From: an uncultured Candidatus Saccharibacteria bacterium
GTDB lineage: Bacteria; Patescibacteriota; Doudnabacteria; UBA920
DNA: 64,000 bases
Assembly: GCA_964474825.1 (NCBI GenBank)
Contig: CAYYWQ010000001.1
Coordinates: forward strand, 165,609 to 229,608
Direction: 5' to 3'
Part shown: piece after piece, positions 38,111 through 47,512 of the stretch
How positions within the stretch are numbered: the stretch's first letter is position 1
Layout: every line of letters starts with the position of its first letter
Translations under genes and position numbers: made by a program
Notes under the pieces: generated by a model
The model's input: the letters and a program-made list of their open reading frames with translations, nothing else
Database searches by the model: none
What the model was told of the DNA's origin: nothing

Positions 38111-38143
38111 GTATTTTACTCCTATCTAAGCGGTTTTACAAAG
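38111..38143 (-). promoter_or_regulatory. Conserved island promoter, copy 3 (TTGTAA-17-GGAGTAAAAT), upstream of SIR2-HerA
   Basis: Motif match. Confidence 0.55.
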
Positions 38144-38487
38144 GGGGTGGATTCCGATATAATTTAAATAACAACTGAATAAAGTAGCCTAAACCACTAG
38201 TAATATTGGCATGGCGAAAAAAACCACAGAAATGTAAAGACGGTCACCTGTCTTGTCTTAACCATTTCTGTGGTCACTATCCGAAAGGGTAGCGGGGCAA
38301 GCGGGTGGCCTTTTTTGATTCCCGTAGAAAGGTTAAAAATATGTGCTTTAGTCCGTTCGATAATACTTGGCATTTTGTATACTTGATTGTTTGGACTGTT
38401 ATTTGGACAATCATTGGGTACGGACTTCGTAAGTCAGAAAAAGGTGGCAGCTTTTAGCTGTCCTTTTTAATTGCTAAGTTATTTTAT

Positions 38488-38952
38488 ATGTCCCTACATT
38501 CAAACAAAAAAGATTTTGTGTGTCCGAAATGTTCAATAATATTTATTCCTTACAAAGCTACTTTTGAATGTCCTAAGTGTGGCTATACAGGAAAGACCCC
38601 TGATGAGTATTTGGATTTTGTTGATATTTGTGCAATATCGTTAAAAAATAACAAACAAGAGTTTGGTTCATTCATTCCTCCAGTATGGTATAGTGGTTGC
38701 TACTCTGACCGAATACAAAGTGATATTTTTAAATTGTTTGCAATAGTAGAAGCACAGAAGCTTGCTGATATCAAAAGTTTTGTTGATGAAACAATGAAGG
38801 GGGCTGGTATGGATGCTGATATGCAAACACAATTAAAAAATATTTTCTTTGAAGTAAAAATTGCTTATGACAAACTACCTAAAATAAAAATAACTACTTT
38901 TTCAAAATTTAAAGATCGATTAAGAAAAAAACTTAAAACTTGGTTACCTTAG
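38488..38952 (+). CDS. Hypothetical Zn-ribbon protein (CPKC...CPKC)
   Basis: Two CxxC pairs near the N-terminus. Confidence 0.45.
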   Translation: MSLHSNKKDFVCPKCSIIFIPYKATFECPKCGYTGKTPDEYLDFVDICAISLKNNKQEFGSFIPPVWYSGCYSDRIQSDIFKLFAIVEAQKLADIKSFVDETMKGAGMDADMQTQLKNIFFEVKIAYDKLPKIKITTFSKFKDRLRKKLKTWLP

Positions 38953-39006
38953 TTTTTAAAACAAACTTTAAGCATTGGCTTTTTGTGTGAGTGCCGAAAA
39001 AACAAA

Positions 39007-39348
39007 ATGGAAAAGCGAAGAGGAATATTTAGCAAAGAAGAAGCTGACTCAGCTCCTCGTAAACCCGGAGTGTATTTTATATATTCCAATAAATTTATTC
39101 ATCGAGTGATTGGAAAAAGTAAAATAGTTTATATTGGTGTGGCAAGATCAAATTTATTTAGAAGGATAGTCGGGCCTAGAGAGGCCCTGCCTAGATTTAT
39201 TAGACTTGAAAAAAATGGCCATAAGCTAACATTCAAAATAATTAAAAAATGCCGAACTAAAAGGCAAGCCAAGAGATTAGAAAAAAGAGAGTTAAAAAAA
39301 TTTGAAGAAAAACATTTAGAATTACCCTGCTTAAATCACAGTTCTTAA
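39007..39348 (+). CDS. GIY-YIG-like domain protein (second copy in the island)
   Basis: GVYFIYSN...IVYIGVARSN...R; basic C-terminus. Confidence 0.5.
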   Translation: MEKRRGIFSKEEADSAPRKPGVYFIYSNKFIHRVIGKSKIVYIGVARSNLFRRIVGPREALPRFIRLEKNGHKLTFKIIKKCRTKRQAKRLEKRELKKFEEKHLELPCLNHSS

Positions 39349-39521
39349 AGCTAGGTAAACAGTTCCTATTTCGGCCAAAACTGACAAATTTGGCTTGTTT
39401 TAGCTACCCAGCTAGATAACTATAACCTGGCTATTTGCGTGCTATAGCGAGCCGTTTTACTGCCGAGTTTGTTAAAATGGTGTAAAATAAAAGAAGATTT
39501 GAGCATTAATTCAAATACACC

Positions 39522-40028
39522 ATGCTTCCAGAAATAACAAAAAGTGATAGTCGAAGATCCATCACTTTTAAAGAGTTTATCGAAATAGGTAATAAAAAAA
39601 ATTATAGTTCTGAAGAGGAATGGAAAAAATCTCGTGGGTTTAGTGAGGAAGGAATGAATACCGAACTATCTGGGGCATTTAAAGTCAGCGATGACGGGAC
39701 AGAATCTTGGGTTTGTAGAAACAACAACTGCCGAGAGATTCTTGTAAAAGATGTTAATGGTATGAGGGCAATGGTTAGAGCGCTGGGTAATGTTGATGTT
39801 TATGTTAAGTATGAAGAGATGGCAGCTTATTGCCCCAAGTGCCAAACGTTTAATGATTTAATGGACAATACTTATTGGACGGATGCTATGGCCGATTTTG
39901 AAAATGGGCAACAAAAACCGCTAACTACTTTATTTATTCAAGATGAGCAACGTGCAAGTGAGCAGGCTCAAATAGACAAAGTGCAAAAAAGGAGTATCGT
40001 AAAATCCTACCTACTAAAATTAAAATGA
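39522..40028 (+). CDS. Hypothetical protein with Cys pairs (CRNNNC...CPKC)
   Basis: ORF only. Confidence 0.4.
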   Translation: MLPEITKSDSRRSITFKEFIEIGNKKNYSSEEEWKKSRGFSEEGMNTELSGAFKVSDDGTESWVCRNNNCREILVKDVNGMRAMVRALGNVDVYVKYEEMAAYCPKCQTFNDLMDNTYWTDAMADFENGQQKPLTTLFIQDEQRASEQAQIDKVQKRSIVKSYLLKLK

Positions 40029-40159
40029 GCCTTGTTGATATCCCTGCTTGACAATTGGTGTAGTAGTGCTAAAATAATAATGTTTTAAAATTGAACATTG
40101 CCAATGTAGCCAATTTACATTGGAAATCCGTCTGCAGGACGGTCTAAAACGGTCAGAAG

Positions 40160-40213
40160 CCCGTACTAACATAAGAGCAATCGCTCGTATGCTGGTACGG
40201 GCTTTTTTTATGT
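40160..40213 (+). terminator. Intrinsic terminator (agcccgtac...gtacgggct + T7)
   Basis: 9-bp stem and T7 run. Confidence 0.6.
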
Positions 40214-40297
40214 CTGAAAACGACTTCAACATTAACCAGCTACCAGAAGAGCTCCAAGAATATATTGGGGTCGTGCTTAGCATAGGAGAGGAATCAA

Positions 40298-40663
40298 ATG
40301 AAGCTACTGCCGAGAAATAACTTTCTAATAATTCCAAATAGGTTAATTGAGGATTATATGAAAAAGCTTAAACCAACCGAATTTAAATTTATGATCGTGT
40401 TGCTTTATTTGTCCCAAAGGTTTTCAACTGACAAGTTTTTTTATACTGACCAACAGATTACTAAAAGATTTGGCATTAGTGCAAACTCACTAAACCGAGC
40501 CAGGATGAGGCTGGAAGAATTAGACCTTATTAAGTACCGGAGTGGATTTCGTACACAAAAATTTTCTAGAGCTACCAGATATAAAATATTTCCAAGTAAA
40601 GCTATACGAAAATTATTTAGAATTCGTAGTATCCAAAAAGAGATACTACTGAAACCTCCATAG
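40298..40663 (+). CDS. Putative winged-HTH DNA-binding protein (replication-initiator/regulator-like)
   Basis: The segment 'ITKRFGISANSLNRARMRLEELDLIKY' looks like a helix-turn-helix. Confidence 0.4.
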   Translation: MKLLPRNNFLIIPNRLIEDYMKKLKPTEFKFMIVLLYLSQRFSTDKFFYTDQQITKRFGISANSLNRARMRLEELDLIKYRSGFRTQKFSRATRYKIFPSKAIRKLFRIRSIQKEILLKPP

Positions 40664-40755
40664 TATACCAAAAAGGGAGGTTAATTAAGAAGTAAAGTAA
40701 CTATTAAATAAGAATAATAATTAATTTAAACCCTAAAGGGTTTATATGTAACTAT

Positions 40756-41205
40756 ATGATTAATAAATCAACTGATAATAAATCTATAATATGTGATTTT
40801 AAAAAGCATCTGCTGACTATAACTGATAAGAAGCTCCACAATGTTCAGACCATAGTCCAGTTTTATTTCTGGATTAAAAAGCTGGACAAAAAGTATGAGC
40901 CATTCAAAAGACACGTTAGGGCCGCTAAGAAAATTGATGTCTGGGCTAAGTCAGATCTGGACAAGGCTTATAACCTAATAATTGACCTTGGTGTCTTTAT
41001 GGACAACAAGGGATTGGATTATACCTTGGACACCATACATCGGAATATACCTAAATACGAATCTGGAAGCCTGGATAACGACGAGGTGCAAGAGCTTAAG
41101 GATGCTTTAGAGTTTGAACGTAAGCGCACTGAGCAACGGCTGGCTGAGTTCAGAAAAGAGCAGGAGGAGGAAAATAAGAAAAAAGGTAAACGGAAGAAAA
41201 AATAA
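40756..41205 (+). CDS. Hypothetical protein with Lys-rich C-terminus
   Basis: ORF only. Confidence 0.4.
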   Translation: MINKSTDNKSIICDFKKHLLTITDKKLHNVQTIVQFYFWIKKLDKKYEPFKRHVRAAKKIDVWAKSDLDKAYNLIIDLGVFMDNKGLDYTLDTIHRNIPKYESGSLDNDEVQELKDALEFERKRTEQRLAEFRKEQEEENKKKGKRKKK

Positions 41206-41220
41206 TTAATTACAACAACC

Positions 41221-41466
41221 ATGACTAAAAACAATAAACCTACAATAAAGAATTCTTCAAAAAAAGCACCAGCTGTTCATATACAAGATCTTGAATCCTT
41301 GGGTTCTAGTTTAAAAAAAGGGGGTAAAGAGCCGATGATGATAAGGGTGGGTAATGTTAAATATGACCTTGGTGTGAGTTACATAATGGTTGAAGATCAG
41401 TGGCTAGAAGAAGATATATTGGATTTGATTAGCAAATTCAAAAAACGGTACGGTAATGGCAAATAG
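41221..41466 (+). CDS. Hypothetical small protein
   Basis: ORF only. Confidence 0.35.
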   Translation: MTKNNKPTIKNSSKKAPAVHIQDLESLGSSLKKGGKEPMMIRVGNVKYDLGVSYIMVEDQWLEEDILDLISKFKKRYGNGK

Positions 41467-41688
41467 CCTGTAAGCTTGGGGAGGCACTTAAAGTTAGTAC
41501 CTCCCCAAGACGGCTATACATCTCATTTTTTAAGCTAGGTCGTTAATAATCAAATCAATCAATCAATCCAGCTAGGCATTTGAAAACCGTCGAATGTCGA
41601 CCTTTCCTTAGACTTTAGGCCTTTGTATCTTATAATCAAAATAACATAACTTTACATAACATAACCAATGTAAAATCACCATAAAAAT

Positions 41689-43158
41689 ATGGCCAACAGC
41701 AATATAATAAAGCCTAATAATAAATTTCTTGCCTATGTCAGGGTTAGCAGTAAAGACCAGTCCCGTGGCACCAGCCTTGATGAGCAAAAAGCCCGTATCA
41801 TGCAATATGCCCATGACAAGGGGTTTGAAATTATAAAATTTTACGGTGAGGTTGAATCGGCTTCAAAAGCAGGCAGAGAGATTTTTCAAGATATGACAGA
41901 GCAGTTAAAAAAAGAAAAATTGGCTGGCATTATATTTCACAAAGTAGACAGGTCATCTCGTAACCCAAAAGATTCAGCCGAACTCTACCAGCTTATGATG
42001 GAAGGGTATCAGTTGCACTTTGCAGACGGTGGATACTCAACCAATGACCCTACAGGCCGAACTATGATTTATATTATGTGGGGCATAGCCAGTAGCTACA
42101 GTGAAAATTTGGCAGCAGAAATTAATAAGGGAATTTTAGGAAGATTAAAACAAGGGCGTTATCCTGGACCTGTTCCTTTGGGTTACAAAAAAGCAGAGGA
42201 CTGTAAAGCCGTACTGGATCCACAGAAAGCCCCACTGGTCAAAAGAATGTTTCAGGAATATGCCACAGGCAAGTATTCCATAGAAACTATGAAAAAAATA
42301 ACAAAAGAGTTTGGCCTGACAAATAGAAATGGTTGCTACTTGGGTATTAATCCGATTCACGGAATGTTAAGGGAAACTTTTTACTATGGCCTTATTACTC
42401 ACAAGCGAGGTACGTTTCAGGGAGAGCACCCACCTTTAATTACCAAAGCTTTATTTGATAAGGTTCAGTTTATGCTACACGACAGGGGCTTTAAAATTGA
42501 GCACCACCACAAATATATATTTCAAGGGCTGATGAAGTGTTATGTATGTGGCAAAATACTTAAAGCTATGACTGCAAAAAGGAATCATCGTTACTACCTG
42601 TGCAGGAATAGGTCTTGTGGAATTAAAACTATTTCGGAAAAAGTAGTTGAGGATCAATTTGTTGAGAAGCTAAAAGAATTGGAATTCAGCCCCGAAGAAG
42701 CCGAAGGGTTTAAAAAAGCCGTCCTAAGTTTTAGAAGGACAGCAGAACGGTCAAAGGACGAACAAATTAAAGCCTTGGACCTGGAGCTATCAGCGATTGA
42801 TTCAAGGCTAAGTGAATTATTGCAGAAGTATATTGATAAAAGGATTGACGATGAAACCTACAGCAAGACCAGAGAAGCCTTGTTAAACAGGCAAATAGAG
42901 CACAAAGAAGCCCGTACAGCACTGGAAACAACAGATGAAAAGGCCTTTGACGAAATAACCGAGTTGGTCAAACTGCTAATAAACCCAAGCATAGCCTATA
43001 GAAAAAGCACTGATCCAATAAATCAGCGCCGTCTCGTAATGTCTATGGTGGCAAACCTTGAGCTAAACGGTAAAGTACTTATAGTTAAGTGGAAAAAACA
43101 CTTTGATTTGATCGCTAGACGACCAAAACTAAATTATGGTGGAGATGCCGGGAGTTAA
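41689..43158 (+). mobile_element. Large serine recombinase (phage-type integrase) gene
   Basis: Catalytic region YVRVSSKDQ...SLDEQ...IIFHKVDRSSRN; recombinase domain; Zn-ribbon CYVCGK...CRNRSC; C-terminal coiled coil. Confidence 0.85.
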
Positions 43159-43715
43159 ACCCGGGTCCAAAACTTCTCAACTTTTCCATTGTTCACAAGA
43201 TTAGTCAGCTCATAAACTTTAACGACAGGAGCTGACCAGATATCGCCAAAGGTGATTTACTTAGCTTAGGCTAACCTGCGCAAATCAACCAGGTTAACTG
43301 CAGCCCCAATAAACTTGCTGGACCGTGGTCGGGGCGGACCGCGGGGCAAGGCATTAACTTAAAATTAAGCTAATACAGGTTGTAACTGGGCGTTTTGAAA
43401 CGCGGCTACTACCTTGTTCCAAGCTGTTGTAGCATTTGGATTTGATTACGGCATTTTTACGAGTGAGTAATCATTCTCGTCTTGCATATAGAAAAATGTT
43501 AAAGTCCTGTCAAAATCCGTCATCCCCAGTATGACAACCTTGCAATTGTTCGCTGTCTTACAGACTAAACCATTACAAAGTATTTTCCTAAGGGTGCCCA
43601 CAAATAGAGCGTTTTGCATAACCTACAGCTCACAAAGGAGGTTTGCAAGGTTGCTCTACTGGGCATCCCCACAGGAAGACTATTTTACCACAAAAATGCG
43701 TTGTGGACAAGTGCT

Positions 43716-43860
43716 TTGACACTAATTTTGAGAATGTTATAATAATAGTGCTTTGCGCAGGTGCACGGAGACAAACGTGGGTGAGAGTCCCGCCCCGAGA
43801 AAGCAACGCGTAAAGCGCCAATCTTATTTTTAGACCTTTTATGGGTCTTTTTTTGTTTAG
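43716..43860 (+). ncRNA. Candidate small RNA: consensus sigma70 promoter (TTGACA-16-TATAAT) followed ~100 nt later by a terminator (agacc-ttttat-gggtct + T7)
   Basis: Promoter and terminator read directly; intervening ~100 nt is GC-rich with no ORF. Confidence 0.4.
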
Positions 43861-44023
43861 TTTATTTTCCTGTATAATTAATTCACAACAGGGAGAATCT
43901 GGAAGAAAGGAGGCTGTATGCTGACCACTGGGTCAGCCCTTGTAATATGGATTCGCATGGAGGCTTGGGGGTTTATTTAGCTCCCGCATACTTGCGAAAA
44001 CCAGCCAATGGCTACTGACAATT

Positions 44024-44467
44024 GTGTTGCCGTTCGGCTTGTCGTCGGCCGCAGCAGTTATCGTATCAAAATTCACTCACGACTGGACAAACGAGTTTGT
44101 CGTGGCTTTAGTGGAGTTGATAGCGGAAAATGGCGTGTTCTATCCGACCGTTTTGCTGTTCGGCAGGTTTTTGCCCAAAAAAGAAAAAGAAAGTAAAGGG
44201 CAGGAACCATTCGCGCAAATGGCAGCCGTTGAAACACTGGATTCTATTTTGAGATTGGCTTTGTTCTTGGCCTGCTCCTGGTTTCCGGCTCAGAAAGATG
44301 TTTTAACCGGAGTAGGAAGTCTGGCTTTGGACATTGTCTTCCTCATTGCTAACGGCAGGAGTCATCAGCTGTTAGAAATTGTTCGGCGGGGCAGGGGAGT
44401 TCTCCAGCAGTATTACTCCGTACTCTTCGACAACTCAATACTGAGACTGGGGTTAGCCATATCCTAG
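44024..44467 (+). CDS. Hypothetical protein (uncertain)
   Basis: ORF only; moderately hydrophobic. Confidence 0.3.
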   Translation: MLPFGLSSAAAVIVSKFTHDWTNEFVVALVELIAENGVFYPTVLLFGRFLPKKEKESKGQEPFAQMAAVETLDSILRLALFLACSWFPAQKDVLTGVGSLALDIVFLIANGRSHQLLEIVRRGRGVLQQYYSVLFDNSILRLGLAIS

Positions 44468-44539
44468 TTTCGTGCCTGCTTTGCTTTTGCGGCCTAGATG
44501 TTTAGGCCGCTTTTTTTATCCACAAATTCGCTTGACAGG

Positions 44540-44627
44540 GAGTTTTTTTAAGAGTAATATTTAGATGTCTATCTAAATGTCTAAATACAGCACTAAATTT
44601 AAAACTCTTCATTCTAAATTATAATCC
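44540..44627 (+). promoter_or_regulatory. Promoter (TTGACA...TAATAT) with overlapping palindromic operator tttagat-gtct-atctaaa upstream of the ArsR gene
   Basis: 7-4-7 perfect palindrome immediately downstream of the -10. Confidence 0.5.
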
Positions 44628-44897
44628 ATGTCTTTATCACAAACTTTCCAGGCGCTTTCTGAGCCTAACCGTCAGAAAATTCTGGACCTATTAAAAAAAG
44701 AAGAACTTTCGGTTTCGGAAATTTTGCAAGATTTAAAAATAACCATGCCAACGCTGTCACATCATTTAGACATTTTAAAGCGTGCGAACCTTATTTCGAG
44801 CCGCCGTGACGGCCAGCAAATTATTTATTCTTTAAACCTAAGTGTGTTTGAAGAAATTACAGAGCAAATAGTAAAATTTTTGTCACTTAAAAAGTGA
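44628..44897 (+). CDS. ArsR/SmtB-family transcriptional repressor (SdpR-like)
   Basis: LSEPNRQKILDLL...LSVSEILQDLKITMPTLSHHLDILKRANLI. Confidence 0.85.
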   Translation: MSLSQTFQALSEPNRQKILDLLKKEELSVSEILQDLKITMPTLSHHLDILKRANLISSRRDGQQIIYSLNLSVFEEITEQIVKFLSLKK

Positions 44898-44939
44898 TCT
44901 CTACTAAATACTAAATCTTAAATCATTAATCTTAAATCT

Positions 44940-45623
44940 ATGCTCTATCCAATTAAAATGTCATTTAAAACCGAAGTTTTGCCGGCTGCTATGTTAATTG
45001 CCGCCTGGATTTTTGGCTTTTATTTTTACGCGCATTTTCCGGACCAAGTGGCTACTCACTGGAATTTTGCCGGAGACGCGGACAAATATGGAAGCAAGGC
45101 CAGTGGCGCATTTGCAATACCCGGGGTAATCACAGGGATTTACTTTCTATTTTTAGTCCTGCCATTTCTGGACCCAAAAAAAGAACGTTACGCGGAGTTC
45201 GCGGGCATTTACCATTTTTTTAAAGCGGCCATTATGTTTGTGTTGTTCGGTACCTTTATTGCCGCAAGCTTGGCCAATTTGGGTTATGCAGTCCGCATTA
45301 ATGTGGTTGTACCGCTATTAATTGGCGTGTTGTTTGTTGCTATGGGCAATTTTATGGCCAAAATAAAATCCAACTGGTTTGTTGGAATTAAGACTCCGTG
45401 GACTTTGTCTAGCGAAAATGTTTGGACCAAGACGAATCGTTTTGGCGGCTTTGCCATGGTCGTGTTTGGCCTAATGCTAATTGTAAGCCCGCTGCTTCCC
45501 AAAGTTTGGAGCATGATTTTCCTTTTTACGGGCGTTGCCGTGGTAAGCGTGGGCAGTTTTATCTATTCTTATGTGGCTTATAAAAAAGAAAGAAGGGCTG
45601 TCGAGAAATTAATAGTAAAGTAG
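44940..45623 (+). CDS. SdpI/YhfL-family membrane protein (immunity-protein-like)
   Basis: NWFVGIKTPWTLSSENVWTKTNRFGG motif; polytopic; paired with an ArsR-family regulator as in sdpR-sdpI. Confidence 0.65.
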   Translation: MLYPIKMSFKTEVLPAAMLIAAWIFGFYFYAHFPDQVATHWNFAGDADKYGSKASGAFAIPGVITGIYFLFLVLPFLDPKKERYAEFAGIYHFFKAAIMFVLFGTFIAASLANLGYAVRINVVVPLLIGVLFVAMGNFMAKIKSNWFVGIKTPWTLSSENVWTKTNRFGGFAMVVFGLMLIVSPLLPKVWSMIFLFTGVAVVSVGSFIYSYVAYKKERRAVEKLIVK

Positions 45624-45624
45624 A

Positions 45625-46320
45625 TTATTTAGAAACCACGAGCGCGACTTTTCTGTTTTCTTCCATGCTTTTGGTAAGGTTGTTCCAATCGGCCGCGGCT
45701 TTTTTTAGGGTTTCAAAACTGTATTCGTTTCTGTTGCCGCCATTTGTGCCAGGGTCATTTATTATAAAAGTGCTTCCTTTAAAACCCCGAATAACTACCA
45801 TGTGGTAAGTGGGCCCGCCGTTAATATACTGCTGGGTGCCCAAAAATTTGGCGTTAAGGGGGAGCAAAATAGGGTGCTTGTCCGCAAGTTCTCTTTTTAG
45901 GTCTTCTTCTGTAAAATTATTTATTTGTTTTATTTTCAGGCCAAAAGCTCCTTCGGCCATTTTAGTGGTGGCGCCAACTCCGGTGTCGGTGTTATAGCCT
46001 AAATTTTCCTGCTCCCATTTTTTTAGGTTGTTAATAGCTTCCTGGGCAGCGCTTGCCGGCAACTTGTCCAGTGTATTGCCGGTTAAAAAGGCGTTAGCCA
46101 TGGTTACGCTGGTTTCTTCACAGTCTTCGTTCCTGTCCCAGTTGTTGTTAGGGGCCTGGGTGCTAAACGGGATGGGTAAAATGGTTGTTTCCGGAAGGGA
46201 CATGGGCACTACAACCCTAAAAAGAAAAAGTCCGGCCGCGGCAAGAATAATAAATACCACTCCGGCGGAAACCATGTCTAATTTTGGGTGTTCAATTTTA
46301 AATCCAAATATTTTAAACAT
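45625..46320 (-). CDS. Membrane-anchored C39-like (Peptidase_C39_2/BtrH-like) cysteine peptidase-domain protein
   Basis: N-terminal TM; NNNWDRNEDCEETSVTMANAFL (Cys) ... YHMVVIRGF (His). Confidence 0.45.
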   Translation of the reverse strand: MFKIFGFKIEHPKLDMVSAGVVFIILAAAGLFLFRVVVPMSLPETTILPIPFSTQAPNNNWDRNEDCEETSVTMANAFLTGNTLDKLPASAAQEAINNLKKWEQENLGYNTDTGVGATTKMAEGAFGLKIKQINNFTEEDLKRELADKHPILLPLNAKFLGTQQYINGGPTYHMVVIRGFKGSTFIINDPGTNGGNRNEYSFETLKKAAADWNNLTKSMEENRKVALVVSK

Positions 46321-46391
46321 AGGTTTTTTATTTTGTAATATTTATTTTACGAGCTAAGAAGTTAAAAGGGGTTCAGCCCATGTATTTTATT

Positions 46392-46430
46392 ATAGCAAAA
46401 ATAAAGGCCCTTGCTCTAGAGCAAGGGCCG
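46392..46430 (-). terminator. Intrinsic terminator (ggcccttgctc-ta-gagcaagggcc + T-run on the minus strand) between the small ORF and the peptidase gene
   Basis: 11-bp perfect stem. Confidence 0.6.
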
Positions 46431-46434
46431 AGTA

Positions 46435-46500
46435 TTATACGCTGGCTGTAGGAGCCGGTGTACCAGTAGGAGGTGTAGAAGGTTTTGTATCGTCAAACAT
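46435..46500 (-). CDS. Candidate small peptide gene (MFDDTKPSTPPTGTPAPTASV) with strong RBS
   Basis: AAGGAAG RBS 6 nt upstream of ATG; terminator follows; sits upstream of the C39-like peptidase. Confidence 0.3.
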   Translation of the reverse strand: MFDDTKPSTPPTGTPAPTASV

Positions 46501-46891
46501 AAGCTTCCTTTCGCTGTAACTTTCTTTGGGTTACAGAATAATTATTAGCACTCCTTAAGTATGGTCTCAAATATGGCTCTTGTATAGAGAGAAAAAGACG
46601 TATTTCAACATTACAGCCTGAGCTAAGCCACAAGAAACGTTAACTGCTTCAGTTAAGCAGTTAATTAATTATTTAAATATCAAAAAGCGCAGTAAAAGAC
46701 AGAATTACTTGTAAATAAAGGAACAATTGCCCGCCGTGCTATATACAGTACTTAATATAGAGAGTAGGCTTAAGATAGTTAAATCATTAATTAATTATTT
46801 AACTGACCACGAAGTTTAGGTTTTTTCTTTGAATGAAATATTTATTGCAAAAAACCTAAGCCCCGCGGCCGGTTAACAAAAAGGAGAATTT

Positions 46892-47197
46892 ATGTTAACC
46901 GACAAACAAATAGAAAAAATCCGCAAAGGTTTTAACGGTATTGATCAGAGAACAATTTTTAAGATTCTCGGCGACACTAATCGTTATAGAATTTTTGAAA
47001 TGTTAGGCAAACAGTCTAAACTGGCTGTGAGTGATATGGCAAAAATTTTGCGCATTTCAATTCCGTTAGCCTCCCAGCATTTAAAAATCCTGGAACAGGC
47101 TAAAATTCTACAAAAAGAGAGAATTGGCCAAAAAGTTTACTACAAAGTCAGGGCAGACAACAGGATCGGCCGGTCGATAGCCGAAGGAGTGCTTTAA
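46892..47197 (+). CDS. ArsR/SmtB-family transcriptional regulator
   Basis: ILGDTNRYRIFEML...VSDMAKILRISIPLASQHLKILEQAKIL. Confidence 0.8.
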   Translation: MLTDKQIEKIRKGFNGIDQRTIFKILGDTNRYRIFEMLGKQSKLAVSDMAKILRISIPLASQHLKILEQAKILQKERIGQKVYYKVRADNRIGRSIAEGVL

Positions 47198-47216
47198 CTA
47201 CAAAGAAACAAAATAT

Positions 47217-47435
47217 ATGTCAAAAACAGACGTAATCATTCTGGCCAGGGAGCTGTTTAAAATAAGGATTAGTTCTTCAAACGAAGGCTTGGCCGAAGAC
47301 GACGGTGTTCACAAAATGAAAGTGAAGGGGATTGGGTCTTATAACAATGAAGCCATAGAAAAGTGGTATAAGGAGGCGCTGGAAACCGCGGAAATTATTA
47401 TTTCCCTGGAAAATAGTTACTTAAATAACGCATAA
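47217..47435 (+). CDS. Hypothetical small protein
   Basis: ORF only. Confidence 0.35.
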   Translation: MSKTDVIILARELFKIRISSSNEGLAEDDGVHKMKVKGIGSYNNEAIEKWYKEALETAEIIISLENSYLNNA

Positions 47436-47512
47436 AGCGGGTGTAACAAAAATTTTAACTTATCGTTTTATATAACAGAGAAATAATTAAAAATGCTTTA
47501 ACTAGTACATAT

